From: an uncultured Gemmatimonadaceae bacterium
GTDB lineage: Bacteria > Gemmatimonadota > Gemmatimonadetes > Gemmatimonadales > GWC2-71-9
DNA length: 64,000 nt
Direction of reading: 5' to 3'
Assembly: GCA_964449145.1 (NCBI GenBank)
Contig: CAYUYF010000003.1
Location: 30,189-94,188 of the forward strand
Part shown: positions 18,527 to 27,429 of the stretch, in pieces
Layout: the number at the start of each line of letters is the position of its first letter
How positions within the stretch are numbered: the stretch's first letter is position 1
Program-made: the position numbers and the translations under genes
Notes under the pieces: model-generated
Databases searched by the model: none
The model's input: the letters and a program-made list of their open reading frames with translations, nothing else
Told to the model about the DNA's origin: nothing

Positions 18527-19873
18527 CTATCCGGTGATCGCGTACCGCTTGATCTTGTTGATCAGCGTGGCGCGCGAGATACCCAGCTCCTCCGCCGTCC
18601 GCGTCCGGTTGCCGCCGTGGTGCCGCAGGGTGCGCTCGATGTGCGCCCGCTCCAGCTCATCCAGGGTCATCGGCGTATGCCGGCGGTCGCCGGGACCGGG
18701 ACGGTTGCGAAATTCCGCCGGCAGGTGCTCGATCCCGACGGCGGGGTTCCCCCGGGCCAGAATCAGCGCCCGCTCAAGGATATTGCGCATCTCCCGCACG
18801 TTCCCTGGCCAGGGGTGGGCCAGCAGCCGCTCCAGCGCCTCGTCCCCCACCGCGGCCGGCGCCCCGGAGAGGTTCCGCTGCAGCCGGTTGACCAGCGCGA
18901 GCAGCAGGGTCAGGCGATCCTCGCGCGAGCGTTCCCTGAGCGGGGGCAGGGTGACCGGCAGCACGCTGAGGCGGTAAGCCAGGTCTTCCAGGAACGTGCC
19001 CGCCTCGACCCGCGCCGCCAGATCATGGCTGCTCGCGGCGATGATGCGGACGTCGGACGTCAGGTCGCGGCTGCCGCCGACCCGGCGGAAGGTACGGGTC
19101 TCCAGCAACCGGAGCAGCTTCGGCTGCAGCTCCGCGGGAAGATCGGTGATCTCCTCGATGAACAGCGACCCGCCGGCGGCGGTCTCGACCAGGCCGGGCC
19201 GCCGTTCCCGGGCGTGTTCCACGCTGGCCCACTCGGCCCCGAACAGATCGGCGTCGAGGTCGGCCGGCGGCCGGCCGAACAGCGATACCGAGAGAAAGGG
19301 CCCCGCGGCGCAGGGGCTCAGCTGGTGCACCAGCTCCGCGAGCCACCCCTTGCCGACGCCGCTCTCTCCCCGGAGGAGCACCGCTGTCCGCTCCGACAGC
19401 GCCACCAGGCCCACCTGGGTCAGCAAGTCCCGCATCATGGCGGAGCCACCCAGCGACTCCAGCGCATCGTCCGGGGCCGCCCGGAGCAGCAGCAGCTCGT
19501 TGAGCCGCTTCAGGCGAACCTTGTCCGCTACCCGGGCCACCGCGGCCATCAGGTGGTCGAGGTCCACCGGCTTGGTGAGGAAGCTCTCGGCGCCGAGCTG
19601 CATCGCCTGGACCGCGGTGGCGACATCGGCGTGGCCGGTGAGCAGGATGACGGCGGCGTTACGCTCGCGGAAGCGGGCCAGGGCTTCGAGGCCGTTGACG
19701 CCGGGCATGCGCAGGTCCAGCACCACCACTTCGGGCCGCAGCCGGTCGTAGGCCGCGAGGCCGGCGTCGGCGTCCATCTCCCGGGCGACCTCGTACCCGC
19801 CCCGCTCGAACACCTGGCCGATGGCGCGGAGAACGCTCTCGTCATCGTCTACCAGCAGTACGGAATCAGGCAT
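18527..19873 (-). CDS. NtrC-family response regulator (REC + AAA+ + Fis-type HTH) with a degenerate GAFTGA loop
   Basis: Internal ATG (MPDSVLLVDDD) of track ORF 18527..20314. It has the REC acceptor VVLDLRMPG, Walker A GESGVGKG, Walker B GGSLFIEEI, FRRVGGSRD, and the C-terminal HTH TAEELGISRATLINKIKRY. The position of GAFTGA reads ASVEHA. Confidence 0.9.
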   Translation of the reverse strand: MPDSVLLVDDDESVLRAIGQVFERGGYEVAREMDADAGLAAYDRLRPEVVVLDLRMPGVNGLEALARFRERNAAVILLTGHADVATAVQAMQLGAESFLTKPVDLDHLMAAVARVADKVRLKRLNELLLLRAAPDDALESLGGSAMMRDLLTQVGLVALSERTAVLLRGESGVGKGWLAELVHQLSPCAAGPFLSVSLFGRPPADLDADLFGAEWASVEHARERRPGLVETAAGGSLFIEEITDLPAELQPKLLRLLETRTFRRVGGSRDLTSDVRIIAASSHDLAARVEAGTFLEDLAYRLSVLPVTLPPLRERSREDRLTLLLALVNRLQRNLSGAPAAVGDEALERLLAHPWPGNVREMRNILERALILARGNPAVGIEHLPAEFRNRPGPGDRRHTPMTLDELERAHIERTLRHHGGNRTRTAEELGISRATLINKIKRYAITG

Positions 19874-22109
19874 GCGTACTCCTTGCGATTCGCGTCGGAT
19901 CGCGCGGCAGCTGCAGCGCGAAACGGGCTCCCCCCTCGGCACGATTGCCGCCCATGATCTCGCCGCCGTGCGCCCGGATGATGCCATGCGACAGCGACAG
20001 GCCCAGCCCCGTGCCCTTGCCCTGCGGCTTGGTGGTGAAGAATGGCTCAAAGATGCGGGACAGCGCCTCGGGGGGAATCCCCGGGCCGCTATCCAGCACC
20101 TCGAAGCCGACCCAGTCCGGGGTGGACCAGGTACGGACCAGCCCCTCCCGGCGATCGGCGGCTTCCATGGCGTGGGCCGCGTTGACCAGGAGATTGGTGA
20201 TGACCTGGCGGACCTGATCCGCGTCAGCGCTGACCACCGGCAGCGTGGGATCCAGCCCCAGCGTCCAGATGGTCCCCGGCAGCGCAAGCGCCGGCGTGGT
20301 CGCGAAGGTTTCACGGACCAGCACGTTGAGGTCAGTGTCCCGGCGGTCCAGGGGGCGCTGCCGCGCGAACGTGAGCAGATCCGTCACGATCCGGGCGGCC
20401 CGCATCGCCTCCTGCTGCACCGTCTCCAGCCCGCGAGTGAGCTCCTCGGGGTCGCCGGGATCAAACCGGAGCGCCTGCGCCATCGCCGCGATCCCGGCCA
20501 GTGGGTTGTTGAGCTCATGGGCCACCCCGGACACCAGACCGCCCAGCGCCGCCATCTTCTCGGAGTGGGTCAGCCGCTCGCGCAGCTCGATCTCCTCGGT
20601 GACGTCCCGGCCAATCGCGAGCACAGCCCGGAGCCCGCCGCGCTCCTCCACCGGCACCACCACCGTGGCAGCCTGACGCACCGACCCATCCTCCCGGCGG
20701 AAGTGAAACATGAAGTCCCGGGTCTCTCCCTGAAAGCTCCGCTCCAGCTCCCCCGCAACATAGGGCCACTCGGCGGCCACCACGTACGTCCGCAGTGAGG
20801 CGGTGGCACTGGGGGCGGCGACCCCGGCCAGGCGGATGGCGGCGCGATTGGCGGAGATCAGCCGCCCCGCCCTGTCCAGCGTGAAGATGGCCAGCGGCGC
20901 CCGGTTGAACAGGGCGCGGAACCGACGCTCCGAGCGACGCAGCGCTTCGGTGGCCAGCCGCTCGGGGGTCACATCCCTGGCCACCGCCACCAGTCCGGCC
21001 CGGGTCCCTCGCTCTTCCAGCTGGGCTACCGAGACGTCCGCGATACGCACCCCGTCGGGCCGGCGGATCAGCGCCTCATAACGCCGGGCGGCCTCGCCGC
21101 TGTGCTCCGCGGCTTCCTCGGGGAGGAGCGCGCTGAGCGGCTGGCCCACCAGGGCACCCGGTGCCCGGCCGAACAGCTCGCCCGCCGCCGGGTTGGCCAG
21201 CACCACCATGCCCTGCGCATCGGTGAGGAGGATCGCCTCCAGCGCGGTCGCGACCAGCCGGCTGTAGCGGGATTCCAGTCGCACGTAATGGGTCAGGTCG
21301 TCCACCGCGATCACGAACCCGCCATCCGCCCGGGGCGTCGCACTGAGCACGGAGTGCCGCCCCAGCCGGGTGTCGAGGAAGCGACTGGTGCGCTGCCCCG
21401 TCAGGCGGGCCTCGCCCAGCGGATCGCCTGAGTCGCGCCAGCCGGCGAAGAGCTGGTCCAGCGGCAGCCCGGGGAGTTCGGTGACGTTCACGCCGGCCAG
21501 GTCGGCCATGAAGCGGTTGGCCCGCTCGATGCGCCCGTCCGCATCCACCAGCGCGAGACCATTGCCGGTCCCGTCAAAGGCGGCCTGCCATTCCTGCTTC
21601 ACCCGCACCACGGTCTCCACCAGGCGGCTCCGCCCGATGGCCAGCGCGGACAGATCGGCGAAGGCGCTTGCCAGGGTGCGCTCGGTCTCGGCGTAGGCCC
21701 GCGGCGCGTCGTGGTAGAAGGCCAGCCACCCGATGACCCGCCCGCCATAGCTCAGCGGCAGCGCCGCCACCCCGGCGAAACCCTCCGCGAGGACGGCACC
21801 ATGGATCGGGCTGGTCCGGTCGCTGCGGGCATCCTCCGCGAAGTAGGCCTCTCCCCGAAGCGCGCTGCCCGCCGAGTGGATCTCGCGGTAATGCTCCAGC
21901 ACCTCGGCGAGATAAGTTGGCGAGAGCCCCACCGTCAGCGGTGCCCGGGCCCGGCCGGCACGCTCATCCAGCAGGAACAGTCCGGCCCGCTGGGCGCCGA
22001 AGACTCGCATCCCCTCTTCCAGCACGGCGGCCATCGTGCCGGCGGCGTCCTCGGTGCCAGCGAGCAGATGGGCCACCCGGCCCAGCGCGGAGAGGTGGGA
22101 GCTGGTCAT
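19866..22109 (-). CDS. soluble sensor histidine kinase (GAF + multiple PAS + HisKA + HATPase_c)
   Basis: 747 aa with no TM segment. It has an N-terminal GAF-like region, three PAS-like repeats, the H-box SEKMAALGGLVSGVAHELNNPL, the N-box LLVNAAHAM, and the G-boxes DSGPGIP and GTGLGLSL. Its stop overlaps the regulator start by 8 nt. Confidence 0.9.
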   Translation of the reverse strand: MTSSHLSALGRVAHLLAGTEDAAGTMAAVLEEGMRVFGAQRAGLFLLDERAGRARAPLTVGLSPTYLAEVLEHYREIHSAGSALRGEAYFAEDARSDRTSPIHGAVLAEGFAGVAALPLSYGGRVIGWLAFYHDAPRAYAETERTLASAFADLSALAIGRSRLVETVVRVKQEWQAAFDGTGNGLALVDADGRIERANRFMADLAGVNVTELPGLPLDQLFAGWRDSGDPLGEARLTGQRTSRFLDTRLGRHSVLSATPRADGGFVIAVDDLTHYVRLESRYSRLVATALEAILLTDAQGMVVLANPAAGELFGRAPGALVGQPLSALLPEEAAEHSGEAARRYEALIRRPDGVRIADVSVAQLEERGTRAGLVAVARDVTPERLATEALRRSERRFRALFNRAPLAIFTLDRAGRLISANRAAIRLAGVAAPSATASLRTYVVAAEWPYVAGELERSFQGETRDFMFHFRREDGSVRQAATVVVPVEERGGLRAVLAIGRDVTEEIELRERLTHSEKMAALGGLVSGVAHELNNPLAGIAAMAQALRFDPGDPEELTRGLETVQQEAMRAARIVTDLLTFARQRPLDRRDTDLNVLVRETFATTPALALPGTIWTLGLDPTLPVVSADADQVRQVITNLLVNAAHAMEAADRREGLVRTWSTPDWVGFEVLDSGPGIPPEALSRIFEPFFTTKPQGKGTGLGLSLSHGIIRAHGGEIMGGNRAEGGARFALQLPRDPTRIARSTHA

Positions 22110-23008
22110 GGAGTCCCGGCCGGCGTGAGCACCCGGATGGCCTCGGGGATGACCTCGACGGTGAAGGGCGTGACGCCATGCGGCTCGCCGTCGAGTTCCA
22201 CCGGCTGGACCTCCTCGGCGTGGACGGTGATGACCCGCCCCCGGGCGTAGCCCACCAGCCCGGGCCGGCCCTCGCGCCCTCCCCGCATCAGCTCCCAGAG
22301 CGCGCGCACCGTGTCCAGCGCCCCGTCGGCCCGGATCACCACGACGTCCAGCAGGCCGTCATCCGGCGCGATGCCTCGCCGCAGCCGGATCAGGGGCGGG
22401 ATGATCTCGCCGCAGTTGGCCACCAGCACCAGGGCGGCATCGGCCTCATACTCGGCGCCGTCGACGGTGATGTGGTGGCGGGTGCTGCGCAGTTCGGGCA
22501 GGAGGCGGAGGGTGGTGGCGATGTAGGCGGCGAAGCGCCACCGGTGCTTCTCGGACGTGGTCGTCTCGGCCATGACCCGTGCGTCGTATCCGGCGCCGCA
22601 GGCCACGGCAAAGTAGTGCGGACCATCGGACCGTTGCATGCGGCCGAGGTCGAGGGACATCTCCCGGCTGTGCAGCATGGCGCGGGCGGCGCGGACCGGG
22701 TCCGCGGGAATACGCAGGTTGCCGGCCAGCAGGTTGCCGGTCCCGCCGGGGATGACGCCAAGCGCGGAGCCGCTGCCCACCAGCGCGGCGGCCGCCTGCA
22801 TGGTGGTGCCATCGCCACCAAACACGCCGACGACGTCCAACCGTTCCTCCACCGCCTCGGCCGCGAACCGGCGCGCGTCGCCGGGCCCCCCGGTGGCCCG
22901 CAGCTCGACCGACCAGCCGCCGCGCCGCAGCGTGTCCACCACCGCGCGGATGCTGAGTTCCTCGGTGCGTGCGGCGGCGGGGTTGGTGATGATCAGGGCG
23001 CGGGTCAT
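22106..23008 (-). CDS. diacylglycerol-kinase-family lipid kinase (YegS/BmrU-like)
   Basis: Internal ATG (MTRALIITNPAAAR) of track ORF 22106..23026. FGGDGT and PGGTGN motifs are present. The start shares 1 nt with the tamB stop, and the stop overlaps the kinase ATG (ATGA). Confidence 0.88.
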   Translation of the reverse strand: MTRALIITNPAAARTEELSIRAVVDTLRRGGWSVELRATGGPGDARRFAAEAVEERLDVVGVFGGDGTTMQAAAALVGSGSALGVIPGGTGNLLAGNLRIPADPVRAARAMLHSREMSLDLGRMQRSDGPHYFAVACGAGYDARVMAETTTSEKHRWRFAAYIATTLRLLPELRSTRHHITVDGAEYEADAALVLVANCGEIIPPLIRLRRGIAPDDGLLDVVVIRADGALDTVRALWELMRGGREGRPGLVGYARGRVITVHAEEVQPVELDGEPHGVTPFTVEVIPEAIRVLTPAGTP

Positions 23009-26000
23009 CAGTATTCCCGTTCCCACAGCAGGTCCAGACCGACCTGATACTTGTTGACCGAGAGCGCCGGCTGGTTGAGCGCGACCTGGCAGGAGTAGGA
23101 CGGCTCCACGCTGGTCTTCAGCCTGAGCTCCCGGGTCATCCGGAACTCCGCGTTGGGATAGAACCGCTGGGTGTTGGTGCAGAAGTCTGCCACCAGGGTC
23201 ACGTACCAGCGCCGCCCGATCTGCCAGCCCGCCGCCACCTGGGCCAGCTGGGCGGAGCCGCTCTGGCCCGCCAGCCCGACCGAACCGCCGGCCCCGGTAC
23301 GGATGTCGATGAAGTCAATCGGCACGCCCAGATCGCTGATCAGTGCCCGCTGGATCTCGCTCGAGAAGGCGCTGGTGAGGTAGGAGAGTCCAGCCTGCAC
23401 CGCCGCGTACTGGCTGCCCTGCCCGCCCTGCCCCTGCAGGCTGAAGGTGGGCCGACCGAACATGAGATAGGATACCAGCTCGGTCTGGGACAGCGCCGGC
23501 CGGGTGGACGTGGGCGCGCTGGACAGCTCCAGCCGGGGCTGCAGCATGGTGCCGGTGATGCGCGCCACGACGGGCACCTCCTCGCTGGTCTCGGCGGCGA
23601 TCACGGTATGACTGGCCTCGATGTCCAGATCGGCATTCAGGTCCGGAGTGCCGAAGTACCGCACCGTGCCGCGCTGCACGGTGAAGTCGCGGGTGACCAG
23701 GCCTCCGATGCGCAGCGCGTAGTTGCCGCGAAGGGCGTTGAGGGTCCCGTCGTAGCGGTACTTCTCGCGGGCCTTGGCCACCGTCATCGAGCCATCCAGC
23801 TGGATGTTGGCCTCGCTGGACCTGAGCCAGAAGCTCTCCCCCATCTCGATCCGCAGGGTGTCGATGCTCAGCGAGTCGAGGAACCGGCTCTGGAAGTTGG
23901 CGCCGAGTTGCTCGGTGTGCACCAGATCGAGGTCGATGAGCCCCGAGTCGCCCGGGTTCTCGAGGTCCACGATCCGCTTGGTGAGCAGGTCGGCGAAGTG
24001 CAGATCCCCCTCGTCGGCGGTGACTCGACCGTTGAGCCGGGGCCGCACCAGCGGACCGGTGAGGGTGAGGGTGCCAGAGGCGTCGAGGGTCAGGAAGCGC
24101 CGGTCGTCAATGAAGCGGAAACGGCGCGCACGCATGGTGAGAGCCATCACGGGCCGGGTCAGCTGTTCGACCCGCAGCACCCCGTTGACCCGGATGCTCC
24201 CTTCTCCGCTGCGCGCCACGACGGAGTCGATGCGGATGGAGTCGCCGGTCAGCGTCGCGCTGGCAAAGACATTTTCGTAGCGCACGCCCAGGCCCGGGAC
24301 GGTGGCCGAGGCGTCCCGTACCTGAATCTCGCCGCCGAGCCGGGGCTCCACCCACCGGCCGCCGACGGTCACGTCCGCCTTGAGGGTCCCGCGGACGCGG
24401 CGGAGGTTACGGGTGAAGGCCTCCGCCACTCCGAGGTCAGTGCTGTCGGCCCGCACCCGGACGGACAGTGGCCCATCCACCTGACGCTCGGGCACCGCCT
24501 TGAGGGCCAGGTCCAGGGGCAGCTGCGCCTCCACCCGCAGCACCGGCTGACCGGTCTTCCACATGAGCAGGTTGGCCTCGAGACGACGGTCGGCGTAATC
24601 CACGATCCCCTGAACGAAGGGCGAACCGAAATCGCCGAAGGAGAGATCCGACAGCGAGCCGGTGCCGCGGAGGGTCGGCCGGGCCGCGGTGCCGCCGACG
24701 ACCAGATCCACCTGGATGCTGCCGGCGATGCCGGCGGTGTCCCGCTGCAGCAGGGTATAGACGTCGCGGAGTCCCAGGCCGGCCACGCTCACCGCGAGAT
24801 TTCCCGGCTCGCGACCGGGGACGGTGCCGCGCAGGGTGATCGCGCCGGATCCGTCGGCGGCCTCCAGCGCCACGGGCAGCAGCGTGATGCGCCCCGTGCC
24901 CAGTCCCGCCGTCACGGAGTTCTGCAGCCGCCAGGCGTGCTCGGGCAGCTGCGCCACCAGGCTGTCCACCAGCAGCACACTCGAGTCGGCGGCGCGCCAC
25001 CACCCTCCGCCACCGGAGAGTGCCGCGCCCGGCCCCACCGTGCCCCCGCCCTGCCAGCGCAGTGAGTCCTGGTAGCCCCCGGCGACCAGGTTCAGGTCCC
25101 GCAACGCCCACCGCCCGACCACGAGGCTGTCGCTGCGCACCGCGCCGCCCATCTCCGGCCGGGGCCCGAGGTGCCAGCCAAATCCGGCGGCCGCCTGGGG
25201 AACCCGGATGCCCCGCCAGCGAAGGTCGCTCCCGCGAGCCCACAGGAGCAGCCGCGGCTCCTGCAGGCTGCCGACCAGGTCGATCTCACCGTGCATCCGC
25301 CCGCCAAGCGGCTGGCCCTGCTCGAGGCTGTCGGGCTCGCCCGCATAGGTGGTAAGCAGGGTATCAAAGGGTGTCAGGCTCTCTGCCAGGAAGGTGCCGT
25401 GGATCCGGGTCCCGGCATCGGTCCGCCAGCCAACCGATCCGCTGGCGTGGAGCCGGCCGGCCAGCCACCCCAGGAGCAGCGTGTCCACCGAGACGGTGGT
25501 ACCCGCGCCGCGTGCGTCCAGGTGCAGCGTATCGAAGCCGATCTCCCGGACCCGGCCCGGACCGAGGTCGAGGCGGAGCGCGCCCTCCGGGCCGGTGGTG
25601 CTGTCGTAAACGCCGTCCATCGTGAGGACCCCGACAAGGGCCGTCGCCGGTCCCTCTCCCCGGAGACGGCTGAGGTCGAGGCGCTGAAAGCGAGCCGTGA
25701 GATCGTGGGCCTGGAGCCGACCGGACGAGGTGCCCAGCCCGCCGCGGAGGGTGAGCCGGCCCACCTCACCCGAGACATCCAGCGCGGTGAAGAAGCTGTC
25801 CACGGTTCCTGCCAGCTCCACCTGGCCCTGGACCGACCCCTGGACCGGGATGCCGGGATAGCTCGGCCGCACCCCGTCGAACACCAGCGGCGCCAGGGTG
25901 AGGGTGGCCTGGAACCCCAGCGTCTCGGTGCGGGTATCCAGCGCCACCTTGCCGGTCGCCCGGCTCTCCGGCAGGGCGCCGTCGCGATGGGCCAGGAGGC

Positions 26001-27429
26001 CGTCGTAGCGGACGTTGCGCCACGGCCCGTCCAGGGCTCCACGAAGCTGCAGCCGACCCAGCAGCCCCACCGCCGGAGCGAGCCGCTGCACGGTCCGCAG
26101 GTCCACGTCGGCCGTGTCCACCCGCAGGCCCTCGAACACCGCGCCGTCGGTGCCACCCAGGACGAGGTGCCCGCTGAGCCGAAGGTGGGTCTCGGCGCCG
26201 CCCGGGATGTCGCTGTCGCGATAGCGGACCTCGGCACCGAGATCGAGGTCGTCGAGGAATCCGTCGCCGCTGACCCGGCCGCTCAGCGTGCCGCGCAGCG
26301 GGAGAGTATCGAGGTAGGGCCGCGGCACATCGAGATCGAGGTCAAGGAGCTCCAGCGCCATGCCCTCGACGCCAAGTCCGCGCGACCGGTCCAGCAGCAC
26401 CGTGACCTCACCGCTGACCTGCCCGCCCGGGCCGGCCAATCGCAGATTGGTCAGTGTGTAGGCCGTCAGGTCGTCGCTGCGCGACTTGGCCCGCACCGCG
26501 CCCCGGCCGGTCATCGCCGGAAAATCGGGGGAAATCCACCGCAGGTCTGCCAGGTTCACCCGCGGCGAGTTGAGGGCAAAGTCGTACAGGAGTGGTCCGC
26601 GGGGCCAGGTCACGAAGCCCTCGCCCGAGGCCCGGGTGTCCTGCAGCGCGCCCCGCTCGAGCGAAAAGCCCAGGCTGTCCCCCCGCTGCCACACATGGGC
26701 GGCCAGGTCGGTGATGGTCAGGGCGGGATCGGAGATCCGGGTCCGCAGCGAGGTGATATCAATGGTGAGCGGCTCCCGCGCCGGTGAGCTGATCAGCAGC
26801 CGGCTGAGGCCGGCCTCCAGCGAGTCGAACCGAATCACCCGCCGGAGCCCGGCGTCGGTGTCGAGGACCACCCGGCCGGGCCGGGCCCGCTCCGCCCTGA
26901 TGGCCGAGTCCCGGGCGCGGGGGCCGAGGGTCGCCGGTGGCGACCAGGGCAGGCGCAGCTCGATCTCGGCGTCCTTGAGGTGGACATCGCGGAGGAGCAC
27001 CAGGGCGGGAGGGCCACCGCCGCCACCGCCTTCCCCCAGCCGGAAGATCTCCTGGTAGTTCCACCGGCCACCCGCCCCGCGGTTCAGCCAGACCCGCGGC
27101 CCCGTCAGCTCCACGTTGGTGAAGACGAACCGTCCGGCCATCAGGTTGGGCAGCAGGTACCGGGTGCTGAGCCGGTCCACCTCGGCGAAGGGCTGTCCCA
27201 GGGTGTCGCGGATGACCACCCCCTCCAGTTCCACTCGGTCGAACAGCCCCCCGCCCAGCCGCTGCACCGAAAACTGGCCGCGGAAGATCCGGCTCAGCTC
27301 ACTCCCCGCCAGCCGCCCCATCGCATCCTTCCCCGCGCCGGTATAGAGCAAGGCGGCCACCGTCCCCAGGGCGGCGGGGATCGGCGCGAAGGTCAGCGCC
27401 ACCAGCAGCCTCAGCAGCGTCCGTCGCAT
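23008..27429 (-). CDS. tamB: translocation and assembly module protein TamB (DUF490-type giant periplasm-spanning protein)
   Basis: 1473 aa with an N-terminal signal-anchor (LLRLLVALTFAPIPAALGTVAALLY). The body is long, repetitive and beta-rich. The C-terminal region fits DUF490. It lies immediately downstream of an Omp85-family gene. Confidence 0.85.
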   Translation of the reverse strand: MRRTLLRLLVALTFAPIPAALGTVAALLYTGAGKDAMGRLAGSELSRIFRGQFSVQRLGGGLFDRVELEGVVIRDTLGQPFAEVDRLSTRYLLPNLMAGRFVFTNVELTGPRVWLNRGAGGRWNYQEIFRLGEGGGGGGPPALVLLRDVHLKDAEIELRLPWSPPATLGPRARDSAIRAERARPGRVVLDTDAGLRRVIRFDSLEAGLSRLLISSPAREPLTIDITSLRTRISDPALTITDLAAHVWQRGDSLGFSLERGALQDTRASGEGFVTWPRGPLLYDFALNSPRVNLADLRWISPDFPAMTGRGAVRAKSRSDDLTAYTLTNLRLAGPGGQVSGEVTVLLDRSRGLGVEGMALELLDLDLDVPRPYLDTLPLRGTLSGRVSGDGFLDDLDLGAEVRYRDSDIPGGAETHLRLSGHLVLGGTDGAVFEGLRVDTADVDLRTVQRLAPAVGLLGRLQLRGALDGPWRNVRYDGLLAHRDGALPESRATGKVALDTRTETLGFQATLTLAPLVFDGVRPSYPGIPVQGSVQGQVELAGTVDSFFTALDVSGEVGRLTLRGGLGTSSGRLQAHDLTARFQRLDLSRLRGEGPATALVGVLTMDGVYDSTTGPEGALRLDLGPGRVREIGFDTLHLDARGAGTTVSVDTLLLGWLAGRLHASGSVGWRTDAGTRIHGTFLAESLTPFDTLLTTYAGEPDSLEQGQPLGGRMHGEIDLVGSLQEPRLLLWARGSDLRWRGIRVPQAAAGFGWHLGPRPEMGGAVRSDSLVVGRWALRDLNLVAGGYQDSLRWQGGGTVGPGAALSGGGGWWRAADSSVLLVDSLVAQLPEHAWRLQNSVTAGLGTGRITLLPVALEAADGSGAITLRGTVPGREPGNLAVSVAGLGLRDVYTLLQRDTAGIAGSIQVDLVVGGTAARPTLRGTGSLSDLSFGDFGSPFVQGIVDYADRRLEANLLMWKTGQPVLRVEAQLPLDLALKAVPERQVDGPLSVRVRADSTDLGVAEAFTRNLRRVRGTLKADVTVGGRWVEPRLGGEIQVRDASATVPGLGVRYENVFASATLTGDSIRIDSVVARSGEGSIRVNGVLRVEQLTRPVMALTMRARRFRFIDDRRFLTLDASGTLTLTGPLVRPRLNGRVTADEGDLHFADLLTKRIVDLENPGDSGLIDLDLVHTEQLGANFQSRFLDSLSIDTLRIEMGESFWLRSSEANIQLDGSMTVAKAREKYRYDGTLNALRGNYALRIGGLVTRDFTVQRGTVRYFGTPDLNADLDIEASHTVIAAETSEEVPVVARITGTMLQPRLELSSAPTSTRPALSQTELVSYLMFGRPTFSLQGQGGQGSQYAAVQAGLSYLTSAFSSEIQRALISDLGVPIDFIDIRTGAGGSVGLAGQSGSAQLAQVAAGWQIGRRWYVTLVADFCTNTQRFYPNAEFRMTRELRLKTSVEPSYSCQVALNQPALSVNKYQVGLDLLWEREY

